A stretch of DNA of 64,000 bases. Source: an uncultured Holophaga sp. (GTDB lineage: Bacteria > Acidobacteriota > Holophagae > Holophagales > Holophagaceae). Positions 19,271-28,094 of the stretch are shown here, piece after piece. A program made the position numbers and the translations under genes. The stretch covers positions 3,296,001 to 3,360,000 of the forward strand of contig OY761614.1 in NCBI GenBank assembly GCA_963664825.1. Reading direction: 5' to 3'. Below the pieces are notes generated by a model. It worked only from the letters and a program-made list of their open reading frames with translations, did not search any database and was not told the DNA's origin. Numbering within the stretch: position 1 is the stretch's first letter; every line of letters starts with the position of its first letter.

Positions 19271-20002
19271 ATGCGCGGACTAAATTTCAAGTCCACCCCC
19301 GCCTCGGTGGTCTGGATGGAACCCCACCGGATCATGGCTGGCGGGAAGGCGCGGACCCTGGACGGCCTCCCCAGCGAAGACCTGCTCGGTCCCGTCCTGG
19401 TGGACCTGCCCCCCAGGCCCACTGCCTGGATCGTGGATGATCTCTGGGCTCCCTCCCTATTGCTACGGGATATCGTGACCCTTCCCGAGGGGGCCGAGGC
19501 CCGGGAAGCCTTCTTCCGCTGGAAGTTCACCCAAAGCCTCATGCTGGAGGCGCCCCAATCCGTCCAGGCCCTGGAACTGGGGGAGGGCGCCTGGCTCCTG
19601 ACCGGCATCCGGGAGGAACTGCGAGAAAGCTGGCTCTCAACTTCCGTGCGGCTGGCCCGCCCCATGCACAGCCTCCTGCCCCGTTGGCTCTATCTCTACA
19701 ACCGCCTGGCCCCCACCCGGGAACGCCCCGGCATGCTGCTCTCCCTCTGCCCTCATGCGGAGGGCGGGTATACGGGCACCCTGGCGGCCTGGGGCCGCAC
19801 CCTGACCCTCCTCCGGCAATGGGCTGAGCCCGCCGATCCCGAGACCTGGCAGCAGGAGCGGATCCTGCCCACCGCCGCCTACCTCCAACGGGATTCCCGC
19901 CCCCCCCAGGAACTCTGGGTCTGGGGCCCGACCAGCTGGCCGGAGACGGGGCTGCCGCTTCAGCTCATCCAGCCCGAGATTCCGGCCCAGGAGGCCCTCT
20001 GA
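19271..20002 (+). CDS. PilM/GspL-like assembly protein (divergent)
   Basis: First gene of a coupled operon that ends in secretin and pilin genes; identity inferred from position. Confidence 0.5.
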   Translation: MRGLNFKSTPASVVWMEPHRIMAGGKARTLDGLPSEDLLGPVLVDLPPRPTAWIVDDLWAPSLLLRDIVTLPEGAEAREAFFRWKFTQSLMLEAPQSVQALELGEGAWLLTGIREELRESWLSTSVRLARPMHSLLPRWLYLYNRLAPTRERPGMLLSLCPHAEGGYTGTLAAWGRTLTLLRQWAEPADPETWQQERILPTAAYLQRDSRPPQELWVWGPTSWPETGLPLQLIQPEIPAQEAL

Positions 20003-20910
20003 TGGCCATTCCGGTCCTGAAGCTGAACCTGGCTCCCCCGCCTACCCTCTGGCACAGGCAGCATGCCCTCCTGAGCTGGTCGGTGCTGGGCCTCGGGGCG
20101 CTGGCCCTGATCCTGGTGAGCGGCCTCACTTGGCACGCCTATCGCCAAGCCAACGAGATGGGGCGCGGCGCCTTCCAGCTCTCCCGGCAGGCCCAGGAGG
20201 CCCAGGCCCGCCAGGGCAGTATCCAGGCCCAACTGCGGTCCATCAACGTCCAGAAGGAACTGCCCCGCTGGAAGTTGGCCGAGCGCATCCTGGGCGAACG
20301 CAGCAGCCCCTGGTCCCGCCTCACGGCCGAACTGGAGCGCAGCTTGGTCCAGGATGTCCGGATCCGGACCCTTCAGCGCACCCGGAGTTCCAGCCAGCAG
20401 GTGGCCGCCAAATTGAAGGGTGAAGCCAATTCACGCCAGGCGGAGGCGGCCTTCGTGGAATCCATCCAGAAGAACGCCTTCTTCTCCCAGGTGATCCTGG
20501 AGCGGGAATCCGAGCGGGCAGGCGGGGGCATCGAATTCGAATTCACCCTACCGGTAGCGGCGACTCCGCCTCCCTACACGCCCCTCCCGAAATACGGCCG
20601 CGCCTCCAAAGCCGCGAAGCCCGCCCCGGGAAAGCCGGTGGTGCTCTCCAAACCTGCTCCAATCAAGGCCACGCCCGTTAAACCGACACCAATCAAGCCC
20701 GCACCCACCAAGCCCCTGGCCCCTGCTCGCACCTCCATCGCCGTGCCTTCGGGCGCCACCCCCCCCGGGCCCCGCTCCCAAAACCCGCGGGAGCCCCGCC
20801 CCTTGCCCGGGAATCGTGAAGAGCTCCGTCGTCCCGGTGCGCAGGGCCGCTCCGGTGAAATGAACCGTCCCGGTGGGATGGAACGACCCGGCCAGGAGGT
20901 GCAGCGATGA
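20002..20910 (+). CDS. PilN-like protein with Pro/Lys-rich tail
   Basis: LNLA motif, single TM, coiled coil, PWSRLTAELE. Confidence 0.7.
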   Translation: MAIPVLKLNLAPPPTLWHRQHALLSWSVLGLGALALILVSGLTWHAYRQANEMGRGAFQLSRQAQEAQARQGSIQAQLRSINVQKELPRWKLAERILGERSSPWSRLTAELERSLVQDVRIRTLQRTRSSSQQVAAKLKGEANSRQAEAAFVESIQKNAFFSQVILERESERAGGGIEFEFTLPVAATPPPYTPLPKYGRASKAAKPAPGKPVVLSKPAPIKATPVKPTPIKPAPTKPLAPARTSIAVPSGATPPGPRSQNPREPRPLPGNREELRRPGAQGRSGEMNRPGGMERPGQEVQR

Positions 20911-21494
20911 ACCGCAGCCTTCGCGCCAGCACCCTGCGCCTCGGCGGGGGTCTGCTGCTGCTGATCGTGGCCCTGGCTGTGGCGATATTCATGCTGCCCG
21001 ACGCCAGCCAGAAACGAGTCCAGCAGGGCAAGGCCTTCGGCCAGGCCCGCACCCAGTTGAAGAACCAGGAGGATGAACTCAGCAAGCTGAAGGCCCGCGC
21101 CGAGAACATCCGCATCGGCCAGGAACACATGGAAGAAATCCTCTCCCAGATGCCCCAGGAGAACGAAGGGCAGCTCAAGTGGAAGCTCAGCCGCGCCCTC
21201 TATGATCTGGCCGCCAAGCACGATGTGCGGATCCAGGCCGTCAAGTACGGCGCCCCCACCCGGGAGGGCGCCAAGGGCACGGATCTCGAGGCCCTGGATG
21301 TGGAATTCGTCGCCTCCGGCATCTACAAGAGCCTGAAGGCTTTCATGCACGCCTTCGAGAGCAGTCATCTGCCCTTCGGCTTGGCCAGCGGGAAGCTCGA
21401 GGAGACTCCCGAGGGCGCCCGCATGACGATCAGCGTGCGGGCCTTCCGCCGCACGGGCCAAGTCAAGGCCGAGACCTCCGGGGAGGAATCATGA
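20907..21494 (+). CDS. PilO/GspM-like protein
   Basis: N-terminal TM, coiled coil, SGIYKSLKAFMHAFE; ATGA overlap. Confidence 0.7.
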   Translation: MNRSLRASTLRLGGGLLLLIVALAVAIFMLPDASQKRVQQGKAFGQARTQLKNQEDELSKLKARAENIRIGQEHMEEILSQMPQENEGQLKWKLSRALYDLAAKHDVRIQAVKYGAPTREGAKGTDLEALDVEFVASGIYKSLKAFMHAFESSHLPFGLASGKLEETPEGARMTISVRAFRRTGQVKAETSGEES

Positions 21495-22159
21495 GCGGCC
21501 CCAAGCGCAGCAACGCCTCGGAAGGTCCGGAATGGTGGCAGGAGCTCAAGACCAATCGCCGAACCCAGGCCGGCCTTGGGGCCTTCGCACTGGCCCTGGC
21601 CTTCATGACCTACATGTTCTGGCCCGACGCCCCCAAGCGGCGCCCCACGCCGACCCTGGCGGCCCTGGCCACTGCGGGAGATGATCGTTCCCTCCAGGCC
21701 CTGGATAAGCTGCCGGACCTGGCCAAGCTCGGGCAGGCCGGGGAACTGCCCAACGAGGACAGGATGTACCGGGATCTCTTCACCTTTGAGGGCCCACCCC
21801 CGCCTCCTCCGCCGCCCCCCAAACCCCTGCCCCCACCCCCGCCTCCGACCCCGGAGCAGCGGAAGGCCATGGCGCTCCAGCAGGCGCAGGATGCCGAATT
21901 CGCCACCCGTCCCCAGGGGCTGCGCTACCTGGGCTACCTGGAACGAAAATCCGTGGGCCGCATCGGCGCCTTCATGAAGGGCGAGGAACCCGTGCCCGTC
22001 AAGCGGGGCGATACCCTGGGCACCTGGAAGCTCATCACCCTGACCGATACCCACGCGGAATTCCAGAACACCAAGTATCCGGACATGCGCCACTGCCGGA
22101 TCGATGCGACGGATGCCCCTGGTGGACCGCACGGCGCGGGCGCAACCAATCAATTCTGA
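21491..22159 (+). CDS. PilP/GspC-like protein with poly-Pro linker
   Basis: TM, RDLFTF, poly-Pro, LRYLGY, VKRGDTL. Confidence 0.6.
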   Translation: MSGPKRSNASEGPEWWQELKTNRRTQAGLGAFALALAFMTYMFWPDAPKRRPTPTLAALATAGDDRSLQALDKLPDLAKLGQAGELPNEDRMYRDLFTFEGPPPPPPPPPKPLPPPPPPTPEQRKAMALQQAQDAEFATRPQGLRYLGYLERKSVGRIGAFMKGEEPVPVKRGDTLGTWKLITLTDTHAEFQNTKYPDMRHCRIDATDAPGGPHGAGATNQF

Positions 22160-22172
22160 CCGGATGGACCTG

Positions 22173-24485
22173 ATGCCAAAAAATACCTCCATGCTTCGCG
22201 TTTTGGGACGCCCCGCCGTTCTGGCGGCCCTCCTCGTGTTCACCCTCGGATGCAGCCTCCATCGCGCCCGCAAGGCCTACGACGAGGGGCACTATGACGA
22301 GGCCGTGAATGCCTATCGCCATATCCTCCAGAATTCCCCCGGTAATGTGAGCGCCAAGATCGGCTACCGCCGCTCCGCGGCCAAGGCCGCGGAAATCCAT
22401 CTGGTCCGGGCCGAAGAGGCCAAAAAGCGCGGCCTCAGCGAACAGGAATACCTCGAGGTCCGCAAGGCCGTGGTCCTGGATCCCTCCAATGCGGTGGCCG
22501 TGGACTGGATCACGAACCTGGAGGCCGCCGCCCAGCAGAAGAAACTCCAACAGGATGCCGAGGAGAGCCTCGAGACCCAGCGGGCCAAGGCCGATCTCCG
22601 CCCGGGGGTGACGCTGAACCCCCGATCCATTGAGGGCATGGATCTCAATTTCGTCCGCCGCCAGAGTCTCCGGGAGATCTTCGCCCAGCTCACCAAGGCC
22701 ACCGGCGTCAATATCATCCTGCATTCCTCCTTCCAGGATATGCAGATCTCGGCCGATCTCCGGGGCCTGACGTTCCAGCGAATCCTGGACACCCTGATGC
22801 TCCAGAACGAACTGCTCTACAAGGTGCTGGACTCCAACACCATCATGGTCTTCAAGAACACGCCTCCGAACCGGGACCAGTTCGAGAACCAGTCCGTCAA
22901 GACCTTCTACCTCTCCAACGCCGATCCCCAGGATGTGCGGACTATCTTCCAGCAGCTCATGCCCCAGATAAAGCTCCAGCCCGATAAACGCATGAACGCC
23001 GTCATCGTCAAGGCCAAGCCTACGGATCTGGCCATCGCCAAACGCCTCGTGACCCAACTCGACAAGGCGAAGGCCGAAGTGATGATCTACCTCGAGCTCA
23101 TGGAAGTGACGGAAAACAGTGCCGAGCAGGTGGGTCTCCTGCCGGTGCTGGGCGCCGCCGACACCACGGGGGTCTACCGCCTCGGCGCGACCATCGACAA
23201 TACGGGCAGCGCCAATCAGAACAAGGGCGCCCTTCGCATCAGCAAGTCCGACGTGCGTTTCCTCTTTCCCAGCCTGGCCCTGGACGCGCTGAAGAGCAGC
23301 GGGGACGCCAAGCTCGTGGCCAGCCCCAACCTCCGCGTGGTCTCAGGCGAGAAGGGCGATATCAATATCGGCGAGAAGGTCTCCACCACCCAGTCCTCGA
23401 TCGGGCTTTCGAATACCTCTGGGACAGCCACGACTTCCAGCGCCGTCAGCAGCTACCTGAGCGGCACCTCTCAGACCCAGTACAGCTACGAGGAAGTGGG
23501 CGTCAAGATCACGGTAGAGCCCCGCGTCCACTTCAACGGCGATATCACCATCAAGATCAAATCCGATGTGAAGACGCTGAAGAGCGGCTCCACCGCCGGT
23601 CGACCCGATATGGGCCAGCGCGTCATCGAGACCACGGCGCGCCTGCGGGATGGCGAGACGGCCGTGTTCGCGGGCCTCCTCAAGGAAGAAGAGCAGAAGA
23701 GCCTCCAGGGCATCTGGGGGATTTCCGATATCCCCGTGATCGGCAAGCTGTTGGGCAGCAACAAGAGTTCCAAGGCCAAGACCGATGTGCTTCTCACCAT
23801 CCGCGCCGTGATCGTGCGCAAGCCCGATATCCAGCCCGAGGACTGGGAAGCTTTCGATCCCGATCAGGCCGCCGCCCTGGTGGGCCCCTTCGCCCCCAAG
23901 CCCGAGCCCAAGAAGATCCCGGTCGTAAAGCCCGAAGCCAAGGCCGCGCCCACTGAGACTAAGCCGGTTCCCGCAAAGCCCGAGGCCAAGCCGACGACGC
24001 CGAGTACGGTTCCAACCCCCACGCCTGCGCCGACTCCCACCCCTGCTCCTGACGCCAGTGAGGGCGAGGCCCTCGCCCCGGAGCCCCGGGAGGATAGTCT
24101 GGTGATCTTCCTGGCCCCGGTCTTCACGCCCCTCGCCAAGGGAGAACGGGTCCAGCTCAATCTGCTGGTGAGCAACGGGAAGGGCCTGACCAGCGGCACC
24201 ATGGAACTGCGCATCGATCCCAAGCTGAAGCTGGTCTCCATGATGGCGGGCGATTTCCTGACCACAGAATCCGGATCCCTGGATCAGAATCCCCCCAAGG
24301 ATGGCGTCATGAAGATCGCCTTCAAGCGCACTGGCAGCACCTCGGATAGCGGCACCCTGGCGACCCTGGAGCTCGAGGGCACCGCGCCGGGCAACGCGCC
24401 CGTGCTCATCCAGTCCGGAAGCTACATGATCGGAGCCAACCCCGTGTCGGCCCGGGTGGTCAACGCCCTGGTCACGGTGGAATAG
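22173..24485 (+). CDS. Secretin (GspD/PilQ family) with lipobox, TPR-like N-terminus and cohesin-like C-terminus
   Basis: TLGC lipobox; KTFYLSN N-domain; VGVKITVEP, LRDGET, ISDIPVIGKL; start uncertain (22164-22191). Confidence 0.88.
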   Translation: MPKNTSMLRVLGRPAVLAALLVFTLGCSLHRARKAYDEGHYDEAVNAYRHILQNSPGNVSAKIGYRRSAAKAAEIHLVRAEEAKKRGLSEQEYLEVRKAVVLDPSNAVAVDWITNLEAAAQQKKLQQDAEESLETQRAKADLRPGVTLNPRSIEGMDLNFVRRQSLREIFAQLTKATGVNIILHSSFQDMQISADLRGLTFQRILDTLMLQNELLYKVLDSNTIMVFKNTPPNRDQFENQSVKTFYLSNADPQDVRTIFQQLMPQIKLQPDKRMNAVIVKAKPTDLAIAKRLVTQLDKAKAEVMIYLELMEVTENSAEQVGLLPVLGAADTTGVYRLGATIDNTGSANQNKGALRISKSDVRFLFPSLALDALKSSGDAKLVASPNLRVVSGEKGDINIGEKVSTTQSSIGLSNTSGTATTSSAVSSYLSGTSQTQYSYEEVGVKITVEPRVHFNGDITIKIKSDVKTLKSGSTAGRPDMGQRVIETTARLRDGETAVFAGLLKEEEQKSLQGIWGISDIPVIGKLLGSNKSSKAKTDVLLTIRAVIVRKPDIQPEDWEAFDPDQAAALVGPFAPKPEPKKIPVVKPEAKAAPTETKPVPAKPEAKPTTPSTVPTPTPAPTPTPAPDASEGEALAPEPREDSLVIFLAPVFTPLAKGERVQLNLLVSNGKGLTSGTMELRIDPKLKLVSMMAGDFLTTESGSLDQNPPKDGVMKIAFKRTGSTSDSGTLATLELEGTAPGNAPVLIQSGSYMIGANPVSARVVNALVTVE

Positions 24486-24492
24486 AGGCACC

Positions 24493-24951
24493 ATGCGGCC
24501 CCACCAACGCGGATTCACCCTTCTCGAGATGGCCGTCACCGCCACGGTGCTTTTGGTATTGGCCTCGGCGGCCATTCCCATGGCCAAGAACGGCATCCGC
24601 CGCCAGAAGGAACTGGAGCTGCAGCGGGACCTGCGCACCATGCGCGACGCCATCGATGAATACAAGGCGAAGGTGGACCAGAAGAAGATCAAGGCGCCTC
24701 CAGCCGAGAACAACGGCTATCCGGAGTCCCTGGAGATCCTGGTGGAGGGCGCTCCCACCGACAAAGCCTCGGTGAAGATCCGGTTCCTGCGCCGAATCCC
24801 CCTGGACCCCTTCACGGGAAAAGCCGAATGGGGCCTGCGTTCCATCGCCGATGATCCAGGGAGCAGCAGTTGGGGCGGCGGCAACGTCTACGACATCTAC
24901 AGCAACGCCCCGGGCACCGGCTCCAATGGAGTCCCCTACCGGGAGTGGTGA
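24493..24951 (+). CDS. Prepilin-type (GspG-like) protein
   Basis: QRG/FTLLE cleavage-methylation motif; YPESLE, LRRIPLDPFTG. Confidence 0.9.
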   Translation: MRPHQRGFTLLEMAVTATVLLVLASAAIPMAKNGIRRQKELELQRDLRTMRDAIDEYKAKVDQKKIKAPPAENNGYPESLEILVEGAPTDKASVKIRFLRRIPLDPFTGKAEWGLRSIADDPGSSSWGGGNVYDIYSNAPGTGSNGVPYREW

Positions 24952-24974
24952 GCCAGGCCTGACGCAATTTTCCC

Positions 24975-25003
24975 TTGCCTGGTGGCCTGCGCCGCGCTAG
25001 GAT
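24975..25003 (+). promoter_or_regulatory. Sigma70-type promoter for tRNA-Leu
   Basis: TTGCCT-17 bp-TAGGAT. Confidence 0.55.
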
Positions 25004-25047
25004 TTCCTTTCCCGTAAGCAGTCTCTCGAGGGAACTGCTGGGTCTTT

Positions 25048-25134
25048 GCGGATATGGCGGAATTGGTAGACGCGCTAGCTTCAGGTGCTAGTGACTTCAC
25101 GGTCGTGGGGGTTCGAGTCCCTCTATCCGCACCA
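25048..25134 (+). tRNA. tRNA-Leu (anticodon CAG)
   Basis: GCGGATA/TATCCGC acceptor stem, anticodon loop TTCAGGT, long variable arm, GTTCGAGTCC, encoded CCA; 87 nt. Confidence 0.96.
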
Positions 25135-25136
25135 CC

Positions 25137-25170
25137 TTCAGAGCGGCACTTCGGTGCCGCTCTGAATCTT
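25137..25170 (+). terminator. Hairpin/terminator after tRNA
   Basis: 13-bp perfect stem TTCAGAGCGGCAC/GTGCCGCTCTGAA with cTTCGg loop. Confidence 0.7.
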
Positions 25171-25292
25171 CAAGTACGTACTCAAACACGTGAACTGTTG
25201 ACATGGGTGTCCGGCCCCCTCCGGACTACGACCTCCACGCGGCCCGGGGCTGCAAGGACGGTGACGGGTTCCCCCCCCGAAAAGGAGCCATC

Positions 25293-25562
25293 ATGGCCCT
25301 GAGCACCGAACAGAAGACCATCATCATCGAGGATTACAAGACCCACGCCACAGATACGGGTTCGCCCGAGGTGCAGGTGGCTCTGCTGACCAAGCGCATC
25401 AACGATCTCACAGAGCACTTCAAGACCCACACCAAGGATTACCACAGCCGCCGGGGTCTCATGGTCATGGTCAGCCAGCGCCGTCGCCAACTCGACTATC
25501 TGAAGCGCGAGAGCAGGGCTCGCTATGCCACCCTCATCGAGCGCCTCGGTCTGCGCCGCTAA
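25293..25562 (+). CDS. rpsO: 30S ribosomal protein S15
   Basis: [36 protein letters not shown]. Confidence 0.98.
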   Translation: MALSTEQKTIIIEDYKTHATDTGSPEVQVALLTKRINDLTEHFKTHTKDYHSRRGLMVMVSQRRRQLDYLKRESRARYATLIERLGLRR

Positions 25563-25578
25563 ACCATTTCCGCCACCG

Positions 25579-25610
25579 AGAACGCCCGCTTTCGCGGGCG
25601 TTCTGCGTTT
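25579..25610 (+). terminator. Terminator after rpsO
   Basis: AGAACGCCCGC/GCGGGCGTTCT stem followed by GCGTTT. Confidence 0.7.
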
Positions 25611-25658
25611 AGGTCCGCACGGCCTGTTCATCCCGTGACAACGACTTAGGGTAGAAAC

Positions 25659-26336
25659 ATGTCCCAGCTGCCGCCCCTGCCCGACCCCGCCCATCCGAAT
25701 CCCTACACCGTGACGAGCCGGGAGATGCTCTTTGATTCTCCCTGGATTCGGCTGCGGGAGGATCGCTTCCATCATCGGAAGGGCATCGATGGCCGCTACC
25801 CCATCTGCGGTTTCCGCCGCACGGCCTGCGGGGTCCTGGCCCTGGATGCCCAAGATCGCGTGATGCTGGTGGGCCAGTGGCGCTATCCGCTGGAGCAGTA
25901 TTCCTGGGAGATCGTGGAAGGCGGCGGCGAGGAGCACGAATCGCCCTTCGAATGCATCCAGCGGGAATTGGGCGAGGAGGCTAACCTCCAGGCGGGCCTG
26001 TGGGAACCCCTCGCCTATGCCAATCTCAGCAACTCCTCCACAGACGAGGAGGCCTTTCTCTTCCTGGCTTCCGATCTCTCCGCGGTCCAGGGCCACGAGC
26101 CCGATGCGGAAGAGGAACTATGTCTCCACCCTGAACCCTTCGAGAACTGCCTGCGCCGGGTTCTCTCTGGGGAAATCGCCGATGGCCTCACGGTCATCGC
26201 CCTCCTGTCCCTCCAGGCTCGGCGCAGCGGCATGACTGAACCCTTGGACCCGCCCCTCCTGGAACGCTTCTTTCAGCGTCCCAAGGACCGCCCCAGCCCT
26301 GGAAGGGCACGCTGGAGTACACTGGAAACGCCATGA
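25659..26336 (+). CDS. Nudix hydrolase (ADP-ribose pyrophosphatase-like)
   Basis: QWRYP; Nudix box GGGEEHESPFECIQRELGEEA. Confidence 0.88.
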   Translation: MSQLPPLPDPAHPNPYTVTSREMLFDSPWIRLREDRFHHRKGIDGRYPICGFRRTACGVLALDAQDRVMLVGQWRYPLEQYSWEIVEGGGEEHESPFECIQRELGEEANLQAGLWEPLAYANLSNSSTDEEAFLFLASDLSAVQGHEPDAEEELCLHPEPFENCLRRVLSGEIADGLTVIALLSLQARRSGMTEPLDPPLLERFFQRPKDRPSPGRARWSTLETP

Positions 26337-26935
26337 TCGTCACGCTTCATCCCGAAACCCCTCAGCAGCGCCATCTCGAGCGCATCGTCGAAGTCCTGCA
26401 GAAGGACGGGGTCATCGCCTATCCCACGGATACGCTCTATGGTCTGGGTTGCCTGGTCTCCCGCAAGAAGGCCGTGGACCGGATTCAGATCGTGAAGGGC
26501 CGCGACCCCAAGAAGCCCATGTCCATCCTCTGCGCGGACCTGTCCATGCTCTGCCGCTACACCCAGCACCTGGACACAGCGACCTTCCGCATCCTCAAGC
26601 AGATGTTCCCTGGTCCCTATACGGCGATCCTGCCCGCCAGCCGCGAGGTGCCGCGCCATCTCCAGAACAAGCAGACCGTGGGCCTGCGCATCCCGGACCA
26701 CCCCTTCTGCTTGGCCATCACGCAGATGCTCGGCGAACCGATCATCACCACGAGCTGCAACCGCGCCGGGGAAGACCCGATGACGAGTTCTTGGGAGATC
26801 CAGGAGGAACTGGGCCACCTGCTGGATATGGTCGTGGACTGCGGCGAACCTTCAGGCTTGGGGAGCACGATCGTCGATCTGACTCAGGAGGAACCCGTCC
26901 TCCTCCGCCAGGGCGCCGGGGCTTGGCCGATCTGA
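26333..26935 (+). CDS. Sua5/YciO/YrdC-family threonylcarbamoyl-AMP synthase-like protein
   Basis: YPTDTLYGL, KGR, PGPYT, VGLRIPD, STIVD. Confidence 0.9.
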   Translation: MIVTLHPETPQQRHLERIVEVLQKDGVIAYPTDTLYGLGCLVSRKKAVDRIQIVKGRDPKKPMSILCADLSMLCRYTQHLDTATFRILKQMFPGPYTAILPASREVPRHLQNKQTVGLRIPDHPFCLAITQMLGEPIITTSCNRAGEDPMTSSWEIQEELGHLLDMVVDCGEPSGLGSTIVDLTQEEPVLLRQGAGAWPI

Positions 26936-26937
26936 GA

Positions 26938-27714
26938 TCAGGCCAGATCGAGGCTCACGGGACAGTGATCGGAACCCATCACATCCGGATGGATCTCCAC
27001 GTGCTTGGCCCGTTCCAATAGACCGGCACTGATGAGGAAATGGTCGATCCTCCATCCGACGTTCTTGGCCCGGGCACCCCCTCGTTGGGTCCACCATGTA
27101 TAGAGACCGACCGTCTCGGGATTCCGTTCGCGGAGCACGTCATGCAGGCCCTCCGCCAGGTAGAGCCTGAAGTCCTCGCGCTCTTCAAGCGTGAACCCTG
27201 GGTTCAGATGATTGTCCTTGGGACGCGCCAGATCGATCTCTTCAGGTGCCACGTTCATGTCCCCGGCGAGGATCACCTGCTTTCCCTCGGCATGGAGCGC
27301 CTTCACGTGATCGGCCAGCTGCCTGGCAAAGGCCCGCTTGTAGTCGAGCCGCACCAGCCCCGTCGAAGCATTGGGAAAGTAGCCCCCAATGAAGACCAGA
27401 TCGCCTCGCAGACTCTGGACCACCCTGCCCTCCTGATCAAAGGCCTCGATGCCCAGGCCCGGGGCATGGGTGAAGCCCAGTTCCTTCCGACTGAGGGTCG
27501 CAGTCCCCGCATAGCCCTTCTTGCTGCGGGCCGGGAACCAGCAAACGTCATAGGCGCTCTCCAGCTGGTGGCGCACCCCCAGATCGATCTCCTCCCATTC
27601 GCAGCGGATCTCCTGGAGGGAGATCAGATCGGGATCGGCCCCCTCCAGCCAGTCCATGAAGCCCTTTCTCAGGGCCGCACGGAAACCGTTCACGTTCCAG
27701 GTATAGAGCTTCAC
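26938..27714 (-). CDS. xth: Exodeoxyribonuclease III
   Basis: WNVNGFRA, LQE, GDMNVA, GWRIDH, GSDHCP; GTG start overlaps the upstream stop. Confidence 0.94.
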   Translation of the reverse strand: MKLYTWNVNGFRAALRKGFMDWLEGADPDLISLQEIRCEWEEIDLGVRHQLESAYDVCWFPARSKKGYAGTATLSRKELGFTHAPGLGIEAFDQEGRVVQSLRGDLVFIGGYFPNASTGLVRLDYKRAFARQLADHVKALHAEGKQVILAGDMNVAPEEIDLARPKDNHLNPGFTLEEREDFRLYLAEGLHDVLRERNPETVGLYTWWTQRGGARAKNVGWRIDHFLISAGLLERAKHVEIHPDVMGSDHCPVSLDLA

Positions 27715-28058
27715 AGCGACTCCACAAGACGTTCCCACATACGATGCGAGCGGACCCGCCACCATCCCATCAGAAACAGCACGGGCCAGCCCTTGAAGGT
27801 CGCCCGATGGATGAGCAGCAGGCGCTTGCCCTCAGGCCGCGCCTGGAAGAAACCCCGTTCCTCCACGCCAAGGCAGGGCCGCAGGACGTATTCGGCTTCG
27901 AAGGCCTCCAAATCCTGAAGGCGAACACGCACCTCCACGGCCTTCAGTCGGGGATGCCAACGCCCATAGGAACGTCCATCCGAGAGGACCCGAGCCACCG
28001 CCTCCAGGGGCGCATTGGTGTCCCGCACCAGTTCGAGAGACCAGACGGGGCGTTTCAC
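27711..28058 (-). CDS. Small hypothetical protein, possibly SRPBCC-like
   Basis: NAPLEAVARVLSD..YGRWHP resembles an SRPBCC N-terminus; GTG at 28058 after GAGG (alternative ATG at 28070); coupled to xth. Confidence 0.6.
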   Translation of the reverse strand: MKRPVWSLELVRDTNAPLEAVARVLSDGRSYGRWHPRLKAVEVRVRLQDLEAFEAEYVLRPCLGVEERGFFQARPEGKRLLLIHRATFKGWPVLFLMGWWRVRSHRMWERLVESL

Positions 28059-28094
28059 GGCCTCGCCCATCCCGGGCAGGGCTTCCAGCCCATG

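Noticed and set aside
25048..25134. Genomic island integrated at tRNA-Leu
   Set aside because: Followed directly by a hairpin and rpsO; no integrase or duplicated 3' end seen
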